Positions 13,740 through 26,960 of a stretch of DNA of 64,000 nucleotides are shown here, piece after piece (within the stretch, counting starts at the first letter, position 1; each line of letters begins with the position of its first letter). The translations under genes were made by a program, and so were the position numbers. The notes beneath the pieces are model-generated. The model made no database searches. It worked only from the letters and a program-made list of their open reading frames with translations, and had not been told where the DNA came from. The stretch is from Squalus acanthias (taxonomy: Eukaryota), in the NCBI GenBank assembly GCA_030390025.1, contig CM059432.1, positions 100,628,001 to 100,692,000 on the forward strand, in the 5' to 3' direction.

Positions 13740-15475
13740 AACTCAGGGTGGATAAGTCACCGAGCCCTGATAACATGCACCCTAGGCTGTTTAAGGAAAT
13801 CAGAGTGGAGGTAGTAGATGCTTGTGGCACAATTATTCAATGCTCCTTAGATATGTAAATTGTGCCCGAGGGCTGGAGAGTAGCCAATGTAATACGTTGG
13901 TTCAAGAAGGGACAGAAGGATAAGTCAGGTAGTTACAGATCAGTTCGTGTAATGTTAGTTACGGACAAACTCTTAAAATCCATCATTCAAGATATAATTA
14001 GTGAGCATTTAGAAATGTATGGGTTAATCCAGAATGGAATTCTCTAAGTGTTAGACAAATTTGGAAGTTTCTGAAGTAGTTAGCGATTGGATAGAAAAAG
14101 AAAATACAGTGGATACAGTATATATATATGGTTTTCAGAGGGCATTTGATAAGCTGTGTCACAAGAGTGTTGCTAGAAAAGTTCAGGCATATGGTGTAAG
14201 AGGAAATGTAGTAGCATGGCTAGAGGGTTGATTGACGGACAGGGAACAAAGAAATAGGATAAATGGGTGTTGCTTAGATTGGAACAGAGATGGAAGTGAT
14301 GTACTCCAGGCGTAGTGCTGGGTCCACTTTTGTTCTCAGTATATCTGGATGATTTGGACTTGAAAATAGGAGACTAAAATTTCAAAATTTATGGATGGCA
14401 CAAAAGGAGGGTGTTCAGCAAACCGTAAGGGGGACTGCAACAGACTTCGCGAAGACAAAGCTAGCTGAGTCGAATGGACAAACGGGTACAATTTAACACA
14501 TTTTGGGAGAAAAGACTAAGGGGGAGAAATTCATTATCGCCCCGTTTGGGGTGCTAACTTTTAAAAGTTGAAAAACTTAGCGCCAGGCACTAATGTTTCT
14601 CAACTTTTAAAAAATTCGGTTTTGCGCTCCAGGAAGGAAGTGGAGCGCTACATCAAGCACTTCACTTCCTTCCTGGAGCGCAACAGGCAGGGCGGTAGGT
14701 GTGCAGCGCTGCACAATGGGCCGTGCAGCGCTGCCGCGTTGGAAGGCTCCTTCCCTCTCTTAAAGGGTAGAGCCATCGCTGCAGGCTCTGCAAGAGGGAA
14801 ACTTACCTGGTCCCGGACGGCAGCCACAATCCAGCCCGATGCACTGCAGCAGAGTGCCAGGCTGATCGAGAGCTGGGGAAAAAAGGAAAAAAAAAACAGA
14901 AAACGAGCATTTGATAATTTTTTTGCCTACCTCGGCCACCTCGCCTTTAAGTATCGCGCCTGAAGCGCCCGGCCTTCCGAGCAATGCCTCCAGCAGCTGC
15001 CGGTGTTGTCGCTGGCGATGCTGCAGGGGGCGAAACTGAAGTTCGGGCCCGGGGCACAACCGAGGCGATGACGTCACGATCTCTGGGCGAAGGAGATCGG
15101 GGCGTAATGCTGTACCGCCGCCACAAACCTCCCGGCGAATTTAGCAGGAGGCAATATTCTCGCCGCGCCCAGGCGGTAAGTGGTTAGCGCTCTATTATCA
15201 CCCCCCGGAGGCGATAACGGGAGGTGCAAAGGTACCCAATTTCTCCCCCAAGGAATGGTAGTGTACACTAATGCAAAGACACTGAAGATTATGGATGAAC
15301 AGAAAGATGTAGAGGTTCAAATACATAATTCTCTGAAAGTGCGAGTGAAAGTAGATAAATCCATTTAAAAAAAGGCCAGGAGCATTTTTCGTTTTATAAA
15401 TAGGGTCATTGAATGCAAGGGTAAGCAGCAATAAAATATTTGGAGAACTGTGCACAGTTTTGGGCACCCCATGAC
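13740..15475 (+). mobile_element. Old degenerate CR1 RT fragment split by a MITE
   Basis: LRVDKSPSPDNMHPRLFKE and VPEGWRVANV, with further decayed RT motifs to ~14515, resuming after 15250. Confidence 0.8.
14520..15249. mobile_element. GC-rich Harbinger-type MITE related to families A/B
   Basis: TIR GGGG(G)AGAAATT...AATTTCTCCCCC. Probable TSD AAG. Shares ttaaaggg, atgacgtca and cctttaa motifs with A/B. Confidence 0.85.
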
Positions 15476-15609
15476 AAGAAAGAAAGAGACAGACAAACAG
15501 ACTTGAATTTATAAAGCACCTTTCACAACCTCAGGATGTCCCAACGCGCTTTACAACCAATTAAATACTTTTGAAGTGTCTTCACTGTTGTAATATATAA
15601 GGATGTTTC

Positions 15610-16200
15610 TGTCGTCAGACACTACCTGAACATGAGTTAAATGGAAGCCCTTTCAGTTCATGTAGGCCATAGGATTAATGTGAGAAGCTCTGGTGCCCAC
15701 ATAGGTGCCATCTATGATGCTCTGGACTGGACCCTTGGGTAGTCCATCATACAGTCAAGGTTCAGTGGTCTTTTAAGCTAATGGTTCTTTTCTACAGGGA
15801 AAATTATGAAGCTATTAACTCTTGCAAACATTGCATCTGTATCTTACTTGATACATGAGTGCAATGCAGACTAGCTGGTTTGACAGATGTAATTTGAGAG
15901 TAGCATAAAAGCATAACCTTCACTCCTTTGAGAAGAGTCATCCCTTTTCAAGAAGTAGCATGCAGGTTGGATGCAGTAATAGAATAATTCTGTCATCCTC
16001 TCTTGTGAAGAAGAGGTGGTGAAGATAGGTGTCCTCTGACATGTCCAAATAGCTGCGGCCAGTTCTGTAAACACAAGTCCTGGGGTCATAACGGATGTGG
16101 ACATAATGCTGTAGGTGTCAAGGCACCTGCATTTGTTGTCCCTGGATGAACTCTTCTCCATATCTAGATCATGCAGTACTATTAGACCCCTGAAGGAGTT
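15610..16200 (-). mobile_element. Highly degenerate Harbinger transposase relic
   Basis: Minus-strand fragments VYRTGRSYLDMSEDTYLHHLFFTRE and VQSIIDGTYV...YMN*KGFHLTHVQVVSD, which parallel the 34289..35137 transposase. Confidence 0.65.
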
Positions 16201-17364
16201 CCCAGCCTCACCCACTTTATTTGCTGAATTGTATAAATATTGTAGACAAGTATTGTCAAATATATTGCATTGCCAAGCAACAATACTGTAGGAATGTATT
16301 ACTAAAAAAAAATACAAAATATCACAATCTCTAGCAACAAAAACTAATGCAGGGAACTAAACTGGTAAAAGGATCTCACAATTTCGACTCCATGCCGTCT
16401 GCTGGAGCATGAATAAGCTGCATCCTTCTGAAGGCAGCAAAAATGTTGGGAGTCGAAGTTCCGTGCAAGTTTTGCCAATCATTTGCTGTAACTTCGTCAG
16501 AAGATCCATGAAAACCCAGGAGAAATGTCATAAGCGCCGTTTGCGCCATTTCTCCCGGGTTTACGTGGACCTTCCGCTGAAGTTACATCCGACGATAGGA
16601 AGCACCACCATGGGAATTCTACCCCGTTCTTTTCAGAGAAGGCTACTCTTCGGTACTCCCAAGTACTGACCTGGCCTGAAAAATCCCTTAATCTATCATC
16701 CATTCGTCATTGCTTTGGTCATGGTTTTGCATTCTTCCTGCATTTAGATAGTGTGGGCATTAACACATTATAAAAAAAGCAAGTACTTTGTTGCTGTGAG
16801 TGACTACTTGTTATTACTTGCAGGCCAGTGTCTTCCCTGAGTCTGAGAGTTGTTAATGCAAAATTGTGGTACTCGTGCAGCAAATTGCAGGATTCGTTAC
16901 AGCAGTGTGCACCACACCAAATCACTTGTCTTATCTAAAAGTAATCAAAAATATATTTTATGATTATAGTGATTAACTGCTTCAGTTTCAGTGAATTTTT
17001 GGACAAACTCAAACTCCAACCTTTAGATGCTAAACAGAAAATCTAATCTTCAGCTGTGGCTGCTAAATTAAGTTGCTTTCTTCAGCTATCAATCATAATG
17101 TAATTATCTGGGTGATAATTATGTTAGAAGCAAACATGCATAACAGATTAGCAATTAGTAGAAAACTATCTTGCTAATTGACTACATCTTGACTCAGTGG
17201 GTCATCAAATGGAATTGAATAATTTCAAAAATTTCAGAAAACAATATTTAGTATTTAAATAATAAAATGCAGTAAATAAACACAATTCATGGAGTACAGT
17301 CTCACTTTGAATTGCAATCATTGACTGAGCTAATTGTGCCTAAATTAATTTAGAAACCCTTTGT

Positions 17365-17735
17365 GCCAGTTTGGCTCTATTGGTTGCACTTGTGCTGCAG
17401 GATCTAAAGATTTGCAGGGTTCAAATTCCACATTAACAGTTGAGTGCATAATCTAGACAGACACTCCAATGCCATCCTCCAGATGAAATTTTAAATTAAG
17501 GTGCTGTTAAAGTGGTATTTGGCCAGGCACTGTTTGAGAAAGAGTTGAGAGTTCTCCCAGCATTCTGGCCAACCTTCCTCCCTCAACCAACACCACCAAA
17601 ACACCTGTACTGGGCATTACCTCTTATGGTATCTTGCAGAATAGCTTCCACATTCTCGACATAGCTGCAGGCACTGCATTATGATCATTAATTCTGAGTG
17701 GAGTGCTTTGATGCACGAAAAGGTGCTATCTAAAT
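17365..17735 (+). mobile_element. DeuSINE-type SINE, degenerate
   Basis: tRNA-like head (ggttcaaattcc), then ttgagtgcataatctagacagacactcc and gagttctcccagcattctggccaac, homologous to 52240-52645. Tail ggtgctatctaaatgcaa. Confidence 0.65.
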
Positions 17736-18159
17736 GCAACTATTAATTCTTCTAATTTGGTAAACTGTCAGGACCATTTTAATAAAACAACTTAGAGATA
17801 TCTAAATAGTGCTGCAATTTGTGAATTTATACATTAGTTTCTGACCTTAATTGAACAGTTTCTGAGAGATGATGGGGAAATGAGACGCTTCACCAGAGAA
17901 CAGGACAAACAATTCAAGTATTGGTCAAAACATCCCATTTTGCAACTATTTCACAAGCAACACTGGGAGAGGCATGAGAGAAAGAAACTGGAATGCTTTA
18001 TGTGAGCTGCGATGGTAACGTGGCTGTAATTACTTACCAAACTGAGATGAAACCTGTGCAGTTAAAAAGATTTAGGTAGCACAACGCTGTGACATGATGA
18101 TACTTATTATATCCTGGGGCTCTGCATTGCTTGTAGTTGTTCTAGTGGGGTGAAACAAT

Positions 18160-18902
18160 GGCCCAGAAATTAAACACTGAGTGTTCACGCGGGGGTAAGG
18201 CTTCCCCGCGATATCTCACTCCGCGCCTACCTTTTTCCTCCGGGCCCACACGAACTTTAGTTTCAAGGCTGCAGCTGTGCAGTGCTTGCGTGACCCAGAG
18301 ACGCAATTAGTTCGTGCGAGCTCTGGGATCACGTGATTCAGTTACAGCCAATGGCAGCACACCATCTTTCATTCATAGTTTTGACAGGAAGACCTGTCAA
18401 AGCTATGAATACTATACCCCCCCAAAAGAACAGCTAAACCTCAATTAAATTTTAAAAAAGCCATCACATTAATAAAATAAGTATAGTTAAATAAATTAAC
18501 CACTTTAAACAAAAAATTAAATTTTTGAAAAAATTTAAAATCTTTTTAAAAGTTATAAAAATAAACTTACCTTTCTTTAAAGTCTCTAAAAAAGATAAAC
18601 CTGTTGAAAAAAATTTAAAATAATACTTAATTAACTACTTACCTTGTTAAAAGAGGGTCTTACGCCTCCTTTCTTTATGTGTAAAATCTTCCATGCTTAC
18701 CTGCGCATTCAAAGCACTAAGTGCACTGCGTGCGCGCAGCCTGTAGCGCGCACGCGGTTCACTTAGGAACCGCCCCCTTTTGAATTCACGAAGTGCCGGT
18801 TTCCCGCGCATGCGCAGTGCATGCTGGAAACCGGCAATTGGAGACCTAAAACGCGAGAGTACACAGTGCGTACTCTCGCGTATTAGATCTAATTTTCGGG
18901 CC
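18160..18902. mobile_element. Harbinger-type MITE with AT-rich core
   Basis: TIR GGCCCAGAAATTA...TAATTTTCGGGCC. TSD AAT (18157-59, 18903-05). Confidence 0.85.
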
Positions 18903-19479
18903 AATGTCCTCCAATATCTATCTACTTGGTTGATAGGCCTCAGTGGAGGTCATCCAGCCAAATCAAAGTGAGGAGCAGCTACTCTTTTCTGTGATTTTGC
19001 ACCTAATTAATGCCATTACTATTATAAATATAGTGCAAAAATTGTAGTATTAATGGAATGACCATAGCACTGTGGGGGATATGCAGCGTGAAGCAAAATT
19101 ACTTTAAAAAAGAGAAAAACGTAAGTACAAGCTATAAAAGATGTACAGCCCGTCATCCAACTTACGTGGGATTGAAGTTCAAAATAAAAGTGGTTCTTAT
19201 ACTAAAAATGTCACTTACTTTAGTTTGAAGATAACTGTTTTAGAAAGTGATTAATATTTCATATCAAGTTGTATTTCTAAGTTGTAGTAATGCAATGCTT
19301 ATTTCAGCCAATTAACAACAACTTGCATTCATGTAGCTTGTTTAACAGAGAATAACGTCCCAAGATGCTTCACAGAGGCATGAGAGAAAATGGATGTCGA
19401 GCCAAAAATAGGAGAAAATAGGAGGGTGACCAAAAGCTTGGACAAAGAGATGGGTTTCAAGGACGGTCTTAAAGGAGAA

Positions 19480-19635
19480 TAAAACACACAGTAGATCTGT
19501 CAGAACCTTGAGAGAGGAAATATGGTTTAATAATTTGGTGTAGACCTGGTCTGGTAAAGGTTCTACACCCAAAAAAACCTCGTCTTTTCTCTCTGCAGCT
19601 GCTAACAAAACTGCTGTTTATTTCCAGTATTTCCC
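19480..19635. mobile_element. Old inverted Penelope terminal-repeat remnant
   Basis: Loose dyad: acacagtagatctgtcagaaccttgagagaggaaa...ggtgtagacc versus ggttctacacc...tttctctctgcagctgctaacaaaactgctg. Decayed ctggtaaag...ccaaaa core. Confidence 0.45.
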
Positions 19636-19662
19636 ACATTAATTTTACTTTTTAAGAGGCCA

Positions 19663-20474
19663 AGGAGGCGATTTCGCCAATGGGGGCGCGCTGGTGATGG
19701 GACTGCTGCTTGTCGGGTCGATGTCCCGCTCCATCGATTTGTGGCCAACCCACGCTATTTTCCCTTGATTGACCTTGTTAAGCCCGCCCAGCGGGCTTAG
19801 CAGGCCAATTAAGGGAAAGCCGGTTACAGAGAGCGTCAGTGTATGACGTTTCATCTGTCAAAAATTTTTGACAGATGAATTGTCATCGTTTGACAGCTCT
19901 GTGAAGCTGACATTTTCTGTAGTTTGATGAGTTCTTGAATTCAAGACTCATCAAACCTCTTTTGCAGAAATTAGATGGTTGTTGCATTGGAGAATGCAAC
20001 AACCATTTGTCATCTCTGCCGCGGAGGTGCGAGACTCTCTGCATACCCAACGATTGAAGCCTGCAGGAAGAAACAAAGGTAAGTAAACTTTTACTAACAC
20101 TTTCCACTTACCTCACATACTCACCTCTCCACACTTGCACCCATCACTTACCTTCACAGCGCACTTTTGCACCCCGCAGACCCACTACTCGCCTCCGTGA
20201 CCCTGGCGAGGTTCGCAGCCTTCGGGAAGCCTGCACTTGTGTGGGTAAAATGGGGACAATTCTCTTATCTGCCTGTTAACTACCTGTTAACAGGCAGTTA
20301 AGTGGCTGTAATCCCCTTCCCGCCTCCAAGGAGACGGGACTCAGCGCGGGTCGGCTACCCGCCTCCTGGCAAGATGGCACGGAGGCGGGTTGGGGGCCTA
20401 CCCCCAGATTCTGCCACTTTCCCAGCAGTCCCACCTCGATACCTGCCTCCCCAGGGCTGGCAAGATCGCGCCCC
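19663..20474. mobile_element. Harbinger-type non-autonomous element
   Basis: Imperfect TIRs GGAGGCGATTTCGCC / GGCAAGATCGCGCCCC. GC-rich subterminal arms resemble those of the 25252 and 53379 elements. Confidence 0.55.
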
Positions 20475-21104
20475 TAGTTGCAGACTAACGTCTTATGCCA
20501 TGATTGAAAATGCATGATTAAATCAAAACTCCTATCAGCTAGTTTGAAACAGAGATGAAAAGTGATATCCAGATGTTATTATTTTTGTGAAAAACAAGAA
20601 ACAACAAACACTGTGGATATACCTTCAGATGACAGCCAGTACTATATGAACACAATATTAAAGTGATAATTAATGCACTTGTAGCACTCAGATTGAATTT
20701 CTGTTTATTTAATAGGGCAAGAGCGTGAACCACAAAAGCTTGCAGTTGTGCATCATTTTCCAAAAAAATATAATTCTAATCCTTAACGAAATACACATGG
20801 CTTTGTTGTTCCTTTTCGATTCTTCTTTTCCTCATATTGCAATGAAGTGATCTTTTCAGCTTTCCCAAGCAAACTAGATTGTGTGACCACGAGGCCTACC
20901 ATCTGAGGCACTTGCACTGGTGCCTAGATTGCCTGTAAGTAGGTGATTATTTCACCATCACTTAGAATGTTTTTTTCTCTGTGTGTAAAGTTAAAGGAAC
21001 ATTCTTTTACTGAGCTGTCAATTGTTTATAATGACAGCTCCGCAAAATAATTTTTCTTTGGCTTTCCACACAGAGGAATATAAACCTACCACCAATTTCA
21101 GACC

Positions 21105-21725
21105 TGATGCAAATGCCACCAATTTTAACTCTGGACGAGAGTCAGGTGGGCAGGGACCGAGGCGGGCGGCAAAACATCCTAACCTCGGCAGTGTGAAGCC
21201 CAGGAGATTTTAACTACCCGGCCTCATCTGCATAGCTTCAGTCAATCTCTTGCCTAAAACTGATGGGAGGCAACAGGTGGCTGGTGGGCGGAAGCATAAT
21301 ATCGGCATAAGGTTGCTGTCACGGACTGAAGGTACAGTCCTCAGCACGCAGATAAGTTTCAGGGAGGGGGGTAGGCTGAGTCTCATGAAGGGTTGGGGGG
21401 GAGGGGGGAAGCCCATGCCAGTACAGGCCTAAACTTTTCTTGTGGGACCTGGCAGTCCTGCTCCTTCAGGCCCCACAAAGAAACTCAAAAAATAGCAAAA
21501 AGTCTTAGCTTTTTGGGCCTATTCTGACTGCGACATCTCTTCACATTGGACGACTTGGTGGGAAAGCCACAATGGCCATCCTGCGTAGGCCTCCGGCAGT
21601 CGGGCCCCACAGGGCAGCTTAAAATTGGAACATGTGGGATCAGTGTGGCAAGTCCCATAGGCGATTTTAACACCCCGCCCACCCACTAGTTTCTGCCGGA
21701 TGGGCAGGGTTAAAATTTCATCTTC
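21105..21725. mobile_element. Probable MITE
   Basis: Terminal dyad aattttaactctg / cagggttaaaatt around a GC-rich body. Internal gctcctNcaggccccacaa motif also seen near 45510, 46650 and 63220. Confidence 0.5.
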
Positions 21726-22183
21726 AGATTTTAACCCATGTCTCCTGGTGCAAGGCACCATGTTATAATGCACTCTCCTGAATATGATTCCACAGTGCCA
21801 GACACCCTCTGGTACCTCACCCAAGAGGCCATTCTTCATGCTTCAACCTAGAAAGTGAGTGGTAGCAGGCTATATGCTTGCAGGGGCATCACAAGTAACC
21901 CATATCCTGTTCTTACCCAACTTCCACAAACCCCAACAAGGATCATTAGATTCCAGCGATAAACAGAAGCAATGGCTGATTTTCTCTTCCCTTACCCAGA
22001 GCTGCTGATTGCAGTTATAGCACCCTTACTGTTTGGTAGCCTGAAATCACTTACCTTAGCGTGGACGTTCCTGGTCTGTATGGCTCAACTATTCGTTGCC
22101 ATCAACACATGAGCCTTGGTGGAGCTGATAGTATATCTTTAACAGCAATAAAGTACATTATTTTGAAGAATGAAAAATAATTA

Positions 22184-22369
<186 letters not shown>

Positions 22370-22547
22370 TCAACACAAAATCACAACTGACATTCAAATT
22401 GCATTGTGATAAACATGGGCTTATTTTGAATTTCACAATGCAAACAGACTTTATTCTGATGCAAATCTTTCAATCTTTTGTTCCTTCTCCATTCCATTTT
22501 CTGAGGTACTTTTTTCTTTGCAGTGAACTTTGAAGGTAAGGATCAGA

Positions 22548-23320
22548 GGGGGAAAAATTCAGCTGCTTGCGCCTCCCGTTAGCGCCTTAAATGGGCGCTA
22601 ATGGGGCGTAAAGCAGCTAACGCCCGGGCGCAGCGCCGCCCACGCCTCCCGAAAAATTTAGTGGGAGGTTAGCGGCGGCGGCAGCCGGTAGCGCCCTGTG
22701 GCGCTGCGCCGCCGGCGATGACGTCATCGCCGTGCGCAGCGCCCCGCTCGCGCCCCGGCCGTGATCTTCAGTCGCGCCCCCTGATTTACCGCCAGACGCT
22801 ATGTCCGACGGGTTCAGGGGGGCGTACGTGCGGCCGGGGCGGCGATATTTAAAGGGGAGGTGGCAGGCGGCCATTTTTGTTGCTGGCCGCCTGCCAGCAC
22901 CTGCCCCCGTTGCTGTCCCCGGCCCCCGTGAAGCCCCCCCACCGTGAAGTGCCGGCTGCGCTCCAAGAGCCCGGCACTTCTCTTGAGTGCCGGGCTCTTT
23001 TGCCGGCACTCCCGATCCCTGGGAGCCCAGCTGGGCCCCGGTTCGCGCTGCGCAAGGCCCCTCCCCTTTAAGAAGGGGAGGAAGGCCTGCAATACCGCGG
23101 CGCGACGTGCCGCAGCGCGTGGCGCTGCGGCACGTAGCGCCAGGATATTCACTCGCAGCGCCCCAAGAGGGATGCGGGGTGCTTCCAGTTGCGCCCCGCT
23201 TCCCTCTTGGGGCGCAACCACTGAAGTTCCGGCGCGGGGCCGCTAATTTTTTCGGGGCGCTAAAAGTCGCGCCCCGGCGAGGTTAGCGCCCCAAATGGGG
23301 CGCGACTCAATTTTTACCCC
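22548..23320 (-). mobile_element. Uninterrupted MITE family A copy
   Basis: TIR GGGGGAAAAATT / AATTTTTACCCC. TSD AGA (22545-47, 23321-23). Reverse complement of 6041-6342 plus 7239-7646. Confidence 0.9.
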
Positions 23321-24901
23321 AGAGTCTTTGCAAGGGCACTTTTTAAAATAGAACATGTGCTGCAACCTATGCACCACATGATACTCCAGGAAAGGGTGGA
23401 GTATTGCAGGCTTATCAGATAAACTTAAAAATTGCTTACACCTGTTCCAAAAAGGGACATTGTGTGCGCTTAAAAAAGAAAGTTCTCTCAGCCTACTAAT
23501 TATTTTATGCCTGTGATGCACCATTTGAGGAGGTTTCCACTCTGATATATATACGGAATCCCAGTGCAATGAAGATTATTATCCCTCAGTTATTTCTGGG
23601 ACTAATTGGATAGCTCTTTCAAAGAGCCGGCACAGGCACGATGGGCCGAATGGCCTCCGTCTGTGCTGTATCATTCTATCATTGTATGATAGCAAGAGAA
23701 AGCTGCAAGAAAATGCAAAATCATATGAAAAGTACATTTATAAAAGCATACAATTTGGACTTGAAAATTTTATTATTCATGTACATTACTAGTTGCTAAA
23801 AGCATGCTGTGCAGTGCTAGCTAGTGACAAATCAAGCAGAGTTAATTGCACTGCCAAAGCAAGTAATATACAGTAGGTGATAATTAGAATTCCTATGACA
23901 AAAAGAGACAAAGCAAAGCCTCAGTGAACAAGTGGAACCACATTACCATCCCGTATTGCTAATATTTTGTTGCAGTGAAATGGCATAGAAACTGAAAATA
24001 AAACAACAAATCTTGACGTGAACATATTTGAGCTTTAAGATATGTAATCTATCTGCAGTGTACTTTACGTTGCATCTGAAACCGCTTGTCTTGCTAATGC
24101 ATTGCAAAAATAAATAATAAATCAAGGTTTAGTGTTCCATTAAAATGAACTCGGTTATTTTTAGATTGGCGTGGAAAAAAATCAAAAAATATTATTTGCA
24201 CATCCACACAACAGTATACTTAATAAACATCGATTCATGTTAATAGTGAAGATAACAGTTAGTTGAGTATTCATTGCTTTGTAGGTTTTAGATTTCTACT
24301 GTATATGTTTTTATTACTTCCCTGTGCTAGAACAGGCCCAAAATTAACTGAATAACACAATCATCACTGTAAAGAGTTTATGTATTCACTGTTCATCATA
24401 TTTCCACCACATAATCAATCAGTCCTAACAGTGAACTATCTCATCACCAAAGATAAAGGATTGTTGTTTTATACAACCTGCTATCCACTTGTCAATGGCA
24501 GGATGCCACTAGTATATCGACTTCTTCCTCTGTGCACTTCAACATGTGTTTATTATTTTCTTTGTCTACAATCCTATTTAAGAAGAATCATGATTCTCAC
24601 TATAGGGAGAGCATCCAATTCCAACCTTTTTTTTGTTTAAACCACCAAATCACCCGCAGATTTGATCGTGGTTAATTTTATGACAACAGTAATACTCTAC
24701 CATGGGACACACCACGGACCCGAAAAACTGCAGGGAGGGGGAAGAGAATCCCAGCGTAAGGGCTGAGATGCCCCCACTCGGGTCCTCTCCCACAATACCC
24801 CTGTGAAGGTTTGTGGAGTTGGTTGAGAACCTGTGTTTTACATGTCAATGATGGGCAGCTGCAGCACTGGAGATGTATCTGGGGAACCCACTACAGGAAA
24901 C

Positions 24902-26960
24902 AGGCCAGAAAATTTGGTGGAGATTCTCACCCCACCATCCTCGAAACAAAAGGAAACAGCCTATTAACAATGAAAACATATAGATTTTTGATTCTGATCT
25001 GGACCCTCATTTGGGGCCCACCTCTGCCCTTTGGTGGACTGATATGCCTGGTCTGAGCAGATGTGCCACCGCCGATGCAAAAACAGGTCCTTCTGAGGGC
25101 CAGAAAAATGGGAACCCATGACAGAGGGAACCTACCTCCAGTCCTTCCTATATCCTCCTGCACCGATGCCCTTGTTTCCTTGTTTGAGGTGAGCAGAGGC
25201 TCCATCTCGAACAAGCCATTCAGGAAACACCTGGGGAAGGCCAGGGCCTTGGGGGGGAATTTTTCAGGGGGTTCACGAACGCGTTCAGTGGCGGGTCGGG
25301 TGGGGAAAAAAATGTTGACAGCGGGTCAGGAACCCGCTGTCAACCCGTCGCCACGCAACTTTCCCAAATGTCGGGTCTATCAGGGCTGAACAGACTCGAC
25401 ATGCAGCGGCAGGGGAGGCAATTCAGGTCATGATGACCTTGTTAACAGCCCATTAAAAAGTATTTTGAGCTCACTGTACCATTTTACGAGGTCGCCCATG
25501 GGGTCCACGTTGCTCAGGGATCACGTCAGGTAAGGAGATCGGGAGTTGTATGACCATGGGATCATCTCATTACTTGACAGCTGCAAATGTGGTATAAAGG
25601 CTCCCATCTCACAGCTGTTCACTTTCCAAGCTCAGAAGCTGTTGCTTACTGCATTTGGAAGACAGATTGAGCTTCATGCAGGTTGCAAGTGTTTGGAGCA
25701 AACTCTCTATCCAGTGTCACCTCATTGGAACAACCTCTCTCACCATTGACAGATCGCTTCTGTCATTTCAAATTCACCTGCCATCTATTCCATCAGCATC
25801 GGTGCCATTGAAATTATCTCACCTAGGTCCTCAGAATCCCACCACAATCAGCCCCAACACCAGCATCACCGGGCACACCAGCAGCACCAACAACAACACC
25901 AACCTTCTCTGCAATCAACTGATGCTGCATAGGACAGAGGGCATTAACACCTGACCACATTGCTGCCTGGGAGGCCACACCAACACCATAAAGCATCCCT
26001 ACAATGCCCAAGCCATTCCTTTCACACTCATCGCCATTGCGGGGGGTACCGTTATGTCTCACCATTCACTGCAACTCACTAAGCTACTTCCAAAGGTGCA
26101 CACAAATCTGTCCAAGAACACAAAGTGTTGAAAATAAAGATTTCAATGTTTGACAGCACATTAACAGAAACTTTACATGAACATTGGCTAAAACACACAA
26201 GTGCCAACCCTTGCATGTTGTTAGTTGATATGAGTGGACTAGGATGAGGGTGCGTGTGAGGGGTGGCTAGTGAGATGGGGAAGTGATAATGTAGATAGAG
26301 AGTGATGGGTGGAGGTGCAAGGTAAGTTGGTGTAAGGATGTGCAGGAGTAGGATAGGGAGGTCAGAGTGATGGGGATGTAATAAGTGGCACAGCAGGAGG
26401 AGGTTGAGTGTGGCTTTGCAGTAACGTTTCCTGATCTACTGAGATCATTGAAAGGTTTGCGCCACTGCAGCCTGGTCCTCCTGACGACATCCCTGCTTGT
26501 GTCCTCCTGTGCAATGTGCAACCAGGCTGTGTTGGTCTCCTGGGGAAGTCACTTCCGCCCATTGGAAGGGAAGAGAAACTCCCTGCGTGCTGTGACCCCC
26601 CTCCATAAGCATATGGAGGGAGTCAGGGGAAAGCCTGGGTGGAGCCGTGCACCTCCGTGCAGTGCTTGTCAGTGTTTGCAGCACCTCAATGCTGTAGAAC
26701 ACTGACAGCACAACTGTCAAAATCAATGTGGCCGTAGTCCCTTTAAGGAAACCTGCTGATGACGCGTCATCAAGTGACGTCATCAGACCCGCTTCCTTCA
26801 ATTGGCCGGCAAACGCGCTGGGCGGGCTTAACAAGCCCCATCAACGTAAAATCATTCTGCAGAGCGGGCTGGAGCCAGCAGCGGGCTCAGGACCTGCCAC
26901 CGACGTCGGCCACCACAGACTCGCCAAGGTAGGGGAAATCGCAGCCTTGATTTCTGGCCC
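24902..26960. mobile_element. Outer MITE interrupted near its right end by the 25252 element
   Basis: Ends AGGCCAGAAAAT (24902) and ATTTCTGGCCC (26960). Only ~11 bp of it remain to the right of the nested insertion. Confidence 0.55.
25252..26946 (-). mobile_element. Non-autonomous Harbinger carrying a decayed Myb/SANT-like exon
   Basis: TSD TTG. Minus strand reads APPRLSPDSLHMLMEGVTARREFLFP...AWLHIAQE...RRTRLQWRKPFNDL (frameshifted). Co-linear with 53379-55142. Confidence 0.8.

Noticed and set aside
15715..15755. YDG codons suggesting the missing CSMD3 CUB exon
   Set aside because: The surrounding translation matches a Harbinger transposase relic, not a CUB domain.
22548..23320. CpG island / host gene promoter
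   Set aside because: The CpG-rich segment is bounded exactly by TIRs and a TSD and is multi-copy, so it is a MITE.
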